A DNA stretch of 24,000 nucleotides from positions 1 through 24,000 of the forward strand of contig JBBSQC010000007.1 of the NCBI GenBank assembly GCA_038258215.1, in the 5' to 3' direction. The notes beneath the pieces are model-generated. The model was not told where the DNA came from. It made no database searches and saw only the letters and a list, made by a program, of their open reading frames with translations. The first letter of the stretch is position 1. Every line of letters starts with the position of its first letter. This DNA comes from Actinomycetales bacterium (GTDB taxonomy: Bacteria > Actinomycetota > Actinomycetes > Actinomycetales > Dermatophilaceae). A program made the position numbers and the translations under genes. Shown here in pieces: positions 8,353 to 15,151 of this stretch.

Positions 8353-9473
8353 AGTACCTCGACGAGTTCAGTGACCCGGTGCTGGCCCGCAAGCTGGTGG
8401 ACCAGATCCACGCGGTGACCACGAGACCCTGGGCGATGATGGAGGTGTGCGGCGGGCAGACGCACTCGATCATCCGGCACGGCATCGACCAGCTGCTGCC
8501 CGAGGGTGTCGAGATGATCCACGGCCCGGGCTGCCCGGTCTGCGTGACGCCGCTGGAGATCATCGACAAGGCCCTCGCGATCGCCGAGCAGCCGGGCGTG
8601 ATCTTCTGCTCGTTCGGTGACATGCTCCGCGTGCCCGGCAGCAGCAAGGACCTGTTCTCGATCAAGAGTGCGGGTGGCGATGTCCGCGTCGTCTACAGCC
8701 CGCTCGACGCGCTCAAGCTGGCGCGTGAGAACCCCGACCGCCAGGTCGTGTTCTTCGGCATCGGGTTCGAGACCACGGCCCCGGCCAACGCGATGACCGT
8801 CTACCAGGCGAAGAAGCAGGGCATCGACAACTTCTCGCTGCTCGTCTCGCACGTGCTGGTGCCACCGGCCATCGCGGCCATCATGGAGTCGCCCAGGTGC
8901 CGGGTGCAGGCATTCCTGGCGGCTGGCCACGTGTGCAGCGTGATGGGCACCTCCGAGTACCCCGCGCTGACCGAGAAGTACCAGGTCCCGATCGTGGTCA
9001 CCGGGTTCGAGCCGCTCGACATCCTCGAGGGCATCCGGCGCACGGTGATCCAGCTCGAGTCGGGTCGCCACGAGCTGGAGAACGCCTACTCCCGGGCCGT
9101 CACCGCCGAGGGCAACCTCCCGGCGATGGCGATGCTGCGCGACGTGTTCGAGGTGACCGACCGCACCTGGCGCGGCATCGGGATGATCCCGCAGAGCGGG
9201 TGGAAGCTGTCCGAGCGATACACCGACTTCGACGCCGAGACGCGCTTCAAGGTCAGTGACATCCACACCGACGAGTCCGCCCTGTGCCGCTCGGGCGAGG
9301 TGCTCCAGGGCCTCATCAAGCCGCACGAGTGCGCGGCGTTCGGCAAGGAGTGCACGCCCCGCAAGCCGCTGGGCGCGACGATGGTGTCGTCCGAGGGTGC
9401 CTGTGCGGCGTACTACACCTACCGGCGCCTGGACCACCTGGAGCTCTCCGAGACCCGCCTGGTGGAGGCCTGA
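8349..9473 (+). CDS. hypD: Hydrogenase formation protein HypD
   Basis: 374 aa; CGGQTHSI and GPGCPVCV motifs; ATGA overlap with hypC copy 2. Confidence 0.95.
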   Translation: MKYLDEFSDPVLARKLVDQIHAVTTRPWAMMEVCGGQTHSIIRHGIDQLLPEGVEMIHGPGCPVCVTPLEIIDKALAIAEQPGVIFCSFGDMLRVPGSSKDLFSIKSAGGDVRVVYSPLDALKLARENPDRQVVFFGIGFETTAPANAMTVYQAKKQGIDNFSLLVSHVLVPPAIAAIMESPRCRVQAFLAAGHVCSVMGTSEYPALTEKYQVPIVVTGFEPLDILEGIRRTVIQLESGRHELENAYSRAVTAEGNLPAMAMLRDVFEVTDRTWRGIGMIPQSGWKLSERYTDFDAETRFKVSDIHTDESALCRSGEVLQGLIKPHECAAFGKECTPRKPLGATMVSSEGACAAYYTYRRLDHLELSETRLVEA

Positions 9474-10531
9474 TGAGCAACGACCTCGACTTCGAGGGCT
9501 GGGTCTGTCCGCTGCCGCTGCGTGACACCCCGGCGATCGTGATGGGCCACGGTGGCGGCGGAGCCATGTCCGGTGAGCTGATCGAGCAGCTCTTCCTGCC
9601 GGCCTTCGGTGGCGCCGCGCGAGCCGAGCTCGGCGACTCGGCGGTGCTGGAGGTGCCCGCCGGCCGGCTGGCCTTCTCGACCGACTCGTTCGTCGTGAAG
9701 CCGATGTTCTTCCCGGGTGGCTGCATCGGTGACCTCGCGGTCAACGGCACCGTCAACGACCTGGCGATGGCGGGCGCGACACCGCTCTATCTCTCGACGG
9801 CGTTCATCCTGGCCGAGGGCACCTTGATGACGGACATCGGCCGCGTCGCGATGGCGATCGGCAAGGCGGCCGAGGTCGCGGGAGTGCAGCTCGTCACCGG
9901 CGACACCAAGGTGGTCGACAGCGGCAGCGGCGACGGCATCTTCATCAACACCACCGGCATCGGCGTCATCCCCGACGGCATCGACATCTCGCCGGCGCGG
10001 GCCCGGGTGGGCGACGCCGTGCTGGTCAGCGGTGACATCGGCGTGCACGGCATCGCGGTGATGAGCTGTCGCGACGGGCTCGAGTTCGGCACCACGATCG
10101 AGAGCGACTGCGCGCCCCTGCACGGGCTGGTGGCCGACATGCTCGCCACAGGGGTGGACGTGCACGTGCTGCGGGACCCGACCCGCGGCGGAGTCTCGGC
10201 CACCCTCAACGAGATCGCCAAGGCTTCCGGGGTGGGCGTCGAGCTGGTCGAGAAGGACCTGCCGATCCCGGCCGAGGTCAAGGATGCCTGCGGCCTGCTC
10301 GGCCTCGACCCGCTCCAGGTCGCCAACGAGGGCAAGTTGATCGCGATCGTGGCGGCCGAGGATGCCGACGAGGTGCTGGCTGCGATGCGGCGGCACCCGC
10401 GCGGTACGGGTGCACGCCGCATCGGCACGTGCGTCGCGGAGCACCGGCAGATGGTCGTGGCCCGAACCGGTCTCGGCGGGACCCGCGTCGTGGACCTGCC
10501 GATCGGCGAGCAGCTACCCCGGATCTGCTGA
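9473..10531 (+). CDS. hypE: Hydrogenase expression/formation protein HypE
   Basis: ATG 9473 (TGATG overlap with the hypD stop), in frame with ORF 9284..10531. AIR-synthase-like fold signature and the characteristic C-terminal PRIC. Confidence 0.95.
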   Translation: MSNDLDFEGWVCPLPLRDTPAIVMGHGGGGAMSGELIEQLFLPAFGGAARAELGDSAVLEVPAGRLAFSTDSFVVKPMFFPGGCIGDLAVNGTVNDLAMAGATPLYLSTAFILAEGTLMTDIGRVAMAIGKAAEVAGVQLVTGDTKVVDSGSGDGIFINTTGIGVIPDGIDISPARARVGDAVLVSGDIGVHGIAVMSCRDGLEFGTTIESDCAPLHGLVADMLATGVDVHVLRDPTRGGVSATLNEIAKASGVGVELVEKDLPIPAEVKDACGLLGLDPLQVANEGKLIAIVAAEDADEVLAAMRRHPRGTGARRIGTCVAEHRQMVVARTGLGGTRVVDLPIGEQLPRIC

Positions 10532-10543
10532 GCGCCCGTCATC

Positions 10544-11287
10544 ATGAGTGATGAGGGGGCGCTGAAGTTCGCGCGCTATGCCTACCCGCCCAACCAGCTC
10601 GGCTACTGCGGTCCCGACGGTGCGCACGAGATGCTCGCGCCCGGCGCGGTGGCCGAGATCGAACGGCGGGCGCGGCTGTTCGACGGCGCCTGGGTCTATC
10701 TCGAGTTCCTCGCCGGTGTGCTCGGCACCGATGACCCTCTCTCGACGCCGGTGGTCGAGGCGTACTGGATCGGCAGTGACCTGCTGGCCGCCGTCGACCC
10801 GGCCGCCCTCGTCCGGCATCTGACGCTGGCGTTCGACGGTCAGGTCGGCGGGACGTGGCGGGAGTCGGCCGCGCGGGCTCGCGCGCACCACAGCTACCAG
10901 GTCTTCGAGGTCTATCCATGGGCCGCGATGCTGCTTCGTGGCCTGTCCCCCGGTCCCGCGGTGTCCGTGCTCGACCGCTGCCGGATCCGTACGGGCGTCG
11001 TGTGCGAGGTCGACGGCGAGTCGGTGGTGGTGAGATCCAACCTCCTTGCCTGGGACGGCGACTCGCTGATCCCGTCGCAAAGCCAGGTCGAGGCGGCCCG
11101 GTGGTCGCTCGACGGCCAGAGCCTGCTGTCCCCGCCGGCCGTCGGCGACACGGTGGCGCTGCACTGGGACTGGGTGTGCGACGTCCTCACGCCGGATCAG
11201 GCCGACCGCATCCAGCGGATCGAGGCGACCCAACGAAGCGCCGTCGGGCTGGGCGGGCCGGAAGAAGGCGGGCGCCGCCTGGACTGA
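10544..11287 (+). CDS. Conserved hydrogenase-cluster protein of unknown function (recalled as DUF6390-like); the C-terminal half resembles HypC
   Basis: ORF-track entry, 12 nt after the hypE stop. Residues ~146-228 (CRIRTGVVCEVDGE ... GDTVALHWDWVCDVLTPDQADRI) align by eye with the HypC copies in this window. Confidence 0.75.
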   Translation: MSDEGALKFARYAYPPNQLGYCGPDGAHEMLAPGAVAEIERRARLFDGAWVYLEFLAGVLGTDDPLSTPVVEAYWIGSDLLAAVDPAALVRHLTLAFDGQVGGTWRESAARARAHHSYQVFEVYPWAAMLLRGLSPGPAVSVLDRCRIRTGVVCEVDGESVVVRSNLLAWDGDSLIPSQSQVEAARWSLDGQSLLSPPAVGDTVALHWDWVCDVLTPDQADRIQRIEATQRSAVGLGGPEEGGRRLD

Positions 11288-11300
11288 GGGTCGCGGTCGG

Positions 11301-11843
11301 TCACCCGGCGCGGTCCGGCACGCCGCGCGTCTGCGCCAGGTGTCCCCCCAGGTATCCGCCCACGGACAACGCCGTCGCACCCGCCAGCGCCAGCCCCGTG
11401 CCCATCCCCCGGCGCCCTCTGCGACGAGCGACCCACGACCCGGCATACGCCCCGATCGCGATGCCGTTGGTGACGGCGTGCACCAGCCCCACCCTCTTCG
11501 CCCGTGGACCGACCGACGTCCACTCCGCCCAGCCCGACCAGGCTGTGGGTCCAACCGCGAGCAGCCCCACACCGACCAGCTTCCGAGCCGCAGCCGAGTC
11601 CCCGGCGACACCGATGAGGTCCAGGATGGTGGCCGAGGTCCAGCTACCGATGACGACGTCGGTCAGGACGGGGTGCAGGGAGTGGCCCAGCCACTCGCCG
11701 CGAAGCACGACGGCGCGCCGCCCCGTACCGAAAGCTGCCGTGATCGCGGGCTCGACCGCACCCACCAGTGGGTCGAGGGCGCTCGCCTCCTCCAGCGCGA
11801 GAGTCCACGCGAGCGCACGAGGTGGTCGTTCAGTCGGTGTCAT
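11301..11843 (-). CDS. DUF2231-like integral membrane protein
   Basis: ATG at 11843 is preceded by GAGGAGA (6-nt spacer), which shortens tracked ORF 11301..11963. LGHSLHPVLTDVVIGSW and several hydrophobic helices; the family name is from memory. Confidence 0.7.
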   Translation of the reverse strand: MTPTERPPRALAWTLALEEASALDPLVGAVEPAITAAFGTGRRAVVLRGEWLGHSLHPVLTDVVIGSWTSATILDLIGVAGDSAAARKLVGVGLLAVGPTAWSGWAEWTSVGPRAKRVGLVHAVTNGIAIGAYAGSWVARRRGRRGMGTGLALAGATALSVGGYLGGHLAQTRGVPDRAG

Positions 11844-11866
11844 TTCGTGTCTCCTCGTGGCCCGTG

Positions 11867-11925
11867 GTCGCACGGCCGACCGTCGTTCCTGCACACCGAT
11901 CCTCCACCTGCCGGGGCCGTGCGAC
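11867..11925. other. 11-bp perfect inverted repeat (GTCGCACGGCC / GGCCGTGCGAC) with a 37-nt spacer, between the DUF1059 and DUF2231 genes
   Basis: Arms 11867-11877 and 11915-11925 are exact reverse complements. Possible RNA structure or attenuator between two co-oriented genes. Confidence 0.35.
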
Positions 11926-11980
11926 AACCCGTTCCCGACCCTCGATCCGCGGAGGGGCACCAACGGCCCAGGGCCGGGGC

Positions 11981-12217
11981 TCAGTCCTCGGGCAGGTGGG
12001 CGAAGGTGGCCTTCGCGTCGTTGTACCAGCCCAGCGACTTCTTCGGATGCCGCCAGCGGCTCTTCATCGCGTCGCGCGCCTCCCGGTGGCTCGCGTCACC
12101 GGCCTTCTCAGCCTCCTTGAGGTGGCTGTCCTGGGCCTTGATGACGTCGTCGGCGCTCTCGCCATGGTGCTCGAGGTCGCACGGCCCCCCGAGCTGGCTG
12201 CAGGTCATCGTCTTCAT
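11981..12217 (-). CDS. DUF1059-like small protein
   Basis: MKTMTCSQLGGPCDLEHHGESADDVIKAQDSHLKEAEK... matches the remembered DUF1059 pattern (N-terminal Cys pair, His-rich). Three in-frame ATGs (12226, 12217, 12208) arise from a 9-bp tandem repeat. ATG 12217 has GAGGA 8 nt upstream. Confidence 0.7.
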   Translation of the reverse strand: MKTMTCSQLGGPCDLEHHGESADDVIKAQDSHLKEAEKAGDASHREARDAMKSRWRHPKKSLGWYNDAKATFAHLPED

Positions 12218-12266
12218 CGTCTTCATCCTCTGGTGAGCGGTCGGTGGGTGATGCGTTCGGTGGTCT

Positions 12267-12293
12267 GACGATCGGAGAGCCACGGATGTGACA
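12267..12293 (-). promoter_or_regulatory. ECF41-type promoter candidate TGTCACA-N16-CGTC upstream of the DUF1059 gene
   Basis: The minus strand reads TGTCACA (12293-12287), a 16-nt spacer, then CGTC (12270-12267). This lies ~40-50 nt upstream of the DUF1059 start and just downstream of the sigma stop. It matches the ECF41 target motif as I recall it from the literature. Confidence 0.6.
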
Positions 12294-12304
12294 CAGCGCC
12301 GAGG

Positions 12305-13141
12305 TCAGCCGCGGCGTGTCTCCCCGTCCCGGCGGACCACCTGCACCAGCACCTCGGGCTCGGCGCAGAAGGTGATGCCCTGGACGAGGCCGTGCGCGAT
12401 GGCGAAGTCGAAGAGGACCATGACCTGGCCACGGTGGAACCACGCGGCCCCGGGTCGATCACCCACGAACACCGGAAGAGCCGACCGGGCGCTGCCGTTG
12501 AGGAACGAGGCCACCTCGTGGCGACCCTCGATCTGCTCCGGGGTGCCGGCCAGGATCGCGGCCCGGTCGGCGGCCACGGACGCGTCGGGCGCGAGGAGCT
12601 GGAGCAAGCGGTCGAAGTCACCCTCCCGGGCCGCGGCCATGAACGCGTCGACGACCTCCCAGTCCGACAGCGCGTCCTCCGGAGCGGGCTGGCTGATCTT
12701 GGAGCGCGCCCGGGACGCGAGCTTGCGCGCCGCCACGGGGGTGGTGTCCAGGACGGCCGCGATGGTGAAGAACTCGAAGCCGAAGCTGTCGTGCAGCACG
12801 AACGCGACCCGCTCGAGGGGTGAGAGCCGGTCCAGCACCATCTGGAGGGCGACGCCCACGGTCTCGGCCAGGGCGACCTCCTCGGCCGGGTCCGGCGCGG
12901 TCTCGGTCACCGGGAGGTCGGCCCTCGGGGCGGGGACCCGGGCGCGCAGCCGGTCCAGGCAGAGCCGCGTGGTCACGGTCGTCAGCCAGGCGGGCAGGCT
13001 GTCGATCTCGGCCTCGGTCCGGTGCAGCCGGAGCCAGGCACCCTGCACGACGTCCTCGGCCTCGGCCGGGTCCCCCAGCACCCGCGCGGCGATGCGCACC
13101 AGTCGTGGTCGCTCCGCCTCGAAGGCTTCCGTCTGGTCCAC
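12305..13141 (-). CDS. ECF sigma-70 family factor with a fused C-terminal SnoaL/NTF2-like domain (ECF41 / SigJ-like)
   Basis: Region 2 (FEAERPRLVRIAARVLGDPAEAEDVVQGAWLRLH) and region 4 (LSPLERVAFVLHDSFGFEFFTIAAVLDTTPVAARKLASRARSKI) are followed by a ~100-aa extension. GTG 13141 is preceded by GAAAGGGTGG; alternative GTG at 13150. The tracked ORF extends to 13297 but has no support there. Confidence 0.85.
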   Translation of the reverse strand: MDQTEAFEAERPRLVRIAARVLGDPAEAEDVVQGAWLRLHRTEAEIDSLPAWLTTVTTRLCLDRLRARVPAPRADLPVTETAPDPAEEVALAETVGVALQMVLDRLSPLERVAFVLHDSFGFEFFTIAAVLDTTPVAARKLASRARSKISQPAPEDALSDWEVVDAFMAAAREGDFDRLLQLLAPDASVAADRAAILAGTPEQIEGRHEVASFLNGSARSALPVFVGDRPGAAWFHRGQVMVLFDFAIAHGLVQGITFCAEPEVLVQVVRRDGETRRG

Positions 13142-13178
13142 GGCGCCCACCCTTTCACTGTCGTCTGGTCGACCCCTT

Positions 13179-13205
13179 GACGACCCGACCCGACCGAGTG
13201 TGACC
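13179..13205 (-). promoter_or_regulatory. Second ECF41-type promoter candidate GGTCACA-N16-CGTC upstream of the sigma gene itself
   Basis: The minus strand reads GGTCACA (13205-13199), exactly 16 nt, then CGTC (13182-13179). This lies ~30-40 nt upstream of the sigma start. Confidence 0.5.
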
Positions 13206-13303
13206 CCCGGTGGTGGAACGACGTGACGCACCTGCGCGCACGGACGACGGTGCTGAGTACGAGGGCTCACGACGCTCCTCGCCGCGTGAGTCAGCATGGG
13301 GGC

Positions 13304-13708
13304 ATGCCTGCCTCACGGACCATCCTGCGTTCGGCCCTGCTGTCCCTGATGCTCTTGGCTGCCAGCTTCGGCACCTGGTGGGCCTGGCTGGGCTGGGACC
13401 ACGAGTACTACACCGACCCTGAGACGGGGTATGCCGCAGGCCCCTACCGTCCGTGGCAGGTCATCGGTTGCGTCCTCACGCTCCTGGTGCTCGCGATCCT
13501 CGCCCACATCGTCCTGAACCCCGTCCTGGTCGGCGTCTCGATGACCCTGGGCTTCAGCGCCGCCTTCGCCAGCACTGCGGTTCCCGACGACGAGACGGGA
13601 CTGGCCCTGGTGGGTGTGTTCCTCGTCGTCATCGGCATGTCGCTGGCCTCGGTGGTCCTCGGTCTGATCGCCTGGGGAGTCAAGAGCGCCGTCCGGCGCC
13701 CGGCCTGA
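13304..13708 (+). CDS. Hypothetical small membrane protein (about 4 predicted helices)
   Basis: ATG 13304 is in frame with ORF 13223..13708. MPASRTILRSALLSLMLLAASFGTWWAW... with alternating hydrophobic segments and GC3 bias. No recognisable family. Confidence 0.6.
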   Translation: MPASRTILRSALLSLMLLAASFGTWWAWLGWDHEYYTDPETGYAAGPYRPWQVIGCVLTLLVLAILAHIVLNPVLVGVSMTLGFSAAFASTAVPDDETGLALVGVFLVVIGMSLASVVLGLIAWGVKSAVRRPA

Positions 13709-14174
13709 CCCGCGATCCGACCAGGCCGACCGCGAGCGCGACCCCCCAGGCGAGGAACAGCGGGTCCCAAAGCCACGCGTGCCCGATCATCCCCGGCCGG
13801 TCGTAGCCCCCGTCGGGGCGGATCACCCCAGCCAGCACGAGGTTCCCGACAACGGTGTTCAGCCCGCCCCACACCACCAGGACCAGCGCCCCGACCCATG
13901 ACACTGCCCTGGTCAGCCGTCTTGCCGGCCACCCCGACCGGGCCAGGAGTGCGGGCGCGACGGCCGCGACGACCTTGACGAGCCCGATCGGCACGAGGAG
14001 CCACTCGCGCCCCGCGAAGCTCTCGCGCAGCCCGGTTCCGAGGGACCACACCAGGAAGGTCCCGCCGGTGGCCCAGTAGAGGGTGAACCCCGCATGCGCG
14101 AGGCCCAGAACGGCAGCGACGCGCAGCCCAGGGGGCACCGTCCGGATGCCGGGAGCCACGGTGGTCGTCGTCAT
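13680..14174 (-). CDS. Hypothetical membrane protein (recalled as DUF3995-like)
   Basis: ATG 14174 (MTTTTVAPG...). The upstream part of tracked ORF 13680..14834 is antisense to the macro gene and is rejected. Four hydrophobic helices. The 3' end overlaps the convergent gene by 29 nt. Confidence 0.6.
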   Translation of the reverse strand: MTTTTVAPGIRTVPPGLRVAAVLGLAHAGFTLYWATGGTFLVWSLGTGLRESFAGREWLLVPIGLVKVVAAVAPALLARSGWPARRLTRAVSWVGALVLVVWGGLNTVVGNLVLAGVIRPDGGYDRPGMIGHAWLWDPLFLAWGVALAVGLVGSRVRPGAGRRS

Positions 14175-14279
14175 CGGGCCAGCCTTGTCGGGCCAGGTGA
14201 CACCGGCAATCGGGGTCCTCCCCCACCGAGCCCGGACCCGCCCCTGACGTGTGGCCTCACCCAGCCCTGTCGACCGGCA

Positions 14280-14285
14280 TACGGT
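14280..14285 (+). promoter_or_regulatory. -10 box TACGGT positioned for a leaderless macro-domain mRNA
   Basis: The TAnnnT hexamer ends 7 nt before ATG 14292, and there is no SD sequence. Confidence 0.4.
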
Positions 14286-14291
14286 GTGGTG

Positions 14292-14819
14292 ATGGCGAGC
14301 ATCGAGGCCGTCCGCGGTGACATCACGACCGAGCGGGTCGACGCGATCGTCAACGCCGCGAACTCCATGCTCCTCGGTGGTGGCGGGGTCGACGGAGCAA
14401 TCCATACCGCGGCGGGCCCGGACCTGCTGGCTGATTGTCGGAGGCTGCGGCGCACGACGCACCCGGACGGACTGGCCGTCGGCGACGCGGTGGCGACCGG
14501 GGCCGGCGACCTGCCCTGCCGGTGGGTCATCCACACGGTCGGGCCCAACCGGCACCGCGGACAGACCGACCCGAGCCTCCTCGCTTCGTGCTTCCGGCGG
14601 AGCCTGGAGGTCGCTCAGCAGGTGGACGCTCGGAGCCTCGCCGTCCCGGCCGTCAGCGCGGGGGTCTACGGCTGGGACATCGAGCAGGTGGCGCAGATTG
14701 CCGTGACCGTGACGCGCGCGGAGCTCGCCGCCGGTCGGGACCTGGATCAGGTGCGTTTCGTGCTGTTCTCCGGCGCCGCGCACGCGGCCTTCGAGCGGGC
14801 GCTGGCGAGCACCGCCTGA
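14292..14819 (+). CDS. Stand-alone macro domain protein (MacroD/YmdB-type ADP-ribose / O-acetyl-ADP-ribose hydrolase)
   Basis: GDITTERVDAIVNAANSMLLGGGGVDGAIHTAAGP ... VIHTVGP ... AVPAVSAGVYGW are hallmark macro-domain motifs. 175 aa. Confidence 0.9.
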   Translation: MASIEAVRGDITTERVDAIVNAANSMLLGGGGVDGAIHTAAGPDLLADCRRLRRTTHPDGLAVGDAVATGAGDLPCRWVIHTVGPNRHRGQTDPSLLASCFRRSLEVAQQVDARSLAVPAVSAGVYGWDIEQVAQIAVTVTRAELAAGRDLDQVRFVLFSGAAHAAFERALASTA

Positions 14820-14877
14820 GAACGGCACCGACACCCTCGCTGGTCTCGTGGGGTCAATGGTCCTGCGCTTCGGCCCT

Positions 14878-14935
14878 CACGCAGAAGACCGGATCGCACG
14901 CACCAATAACTGCGTGGGATCCGGTCTTCTGCGTG
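14878..14935. terminator. Long GC-rich hairpin between convergent genes (25-position stem, one G-G mismatch, 8-nt loop CCAATAAC), no U-tract
   Basis: CACGCAGAAGACCGGATCGCACGCA / TGCGTGGGATCCGGTCTTCTGCGTG were paired base by base. It lies 59 nt after the macro stop. Confidence 0.55.
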
Positions 14936-15024
14936 CCGCCCGGTTCACCGAGAACCAGGGGGGTCGACGCAGGGTGTTCGCGTCAGAAGCGCCCGTAGCC
15001 GCTCACAACGGGGAACACCGCGCG

Positions 15025-15150
15025 CTAGGAAGTCGACGGGGTGCTGCCGCCGTAGACGTAGGGGATCCCCAGCAGCGAGCGGGCGATGTTGATGACGCCG
15101 CTGGTGCCGGCCGGGACCTCGCGCGCCGGGGCCTTGCTGGCCCTCGCGTG
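15025..15150 (-). pseudogene. Remnant of an NlpC/P60 (C40) peptidase gene: 41 codons ending in a premature stop
   Basis: The minus-strand frame reads HARASKAPAREVPAGTSGVINIARSLLGIPYVYGGSTPSTS*. IARSLLGIPYVYGG matches the conserved lead-in of NlpC/P60 domains, but the catalytic DCSG segment is missing. 40 of 41 codons end in G/C. There is no start codon, and the frame is offset by 1 nt from the upstream stop. Confidence 0.45.
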
Positions 15151-15151
15151 C

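Noticed and set aside
14292-14819. Macro-domain gene as the antitoxin of a DarT-DarG-like ADP-ribosylation toxin-antitoxin or defence pair
   Set aside because: The protein is a 175-aa MacroD/YmdB-type stand-alone domain without the DarG C-terminal toxin-binding region. No ADP-ribosyltransferase-like ORF is adjacent; the neighbours are a divergent membrane protein and a non-coding gap.
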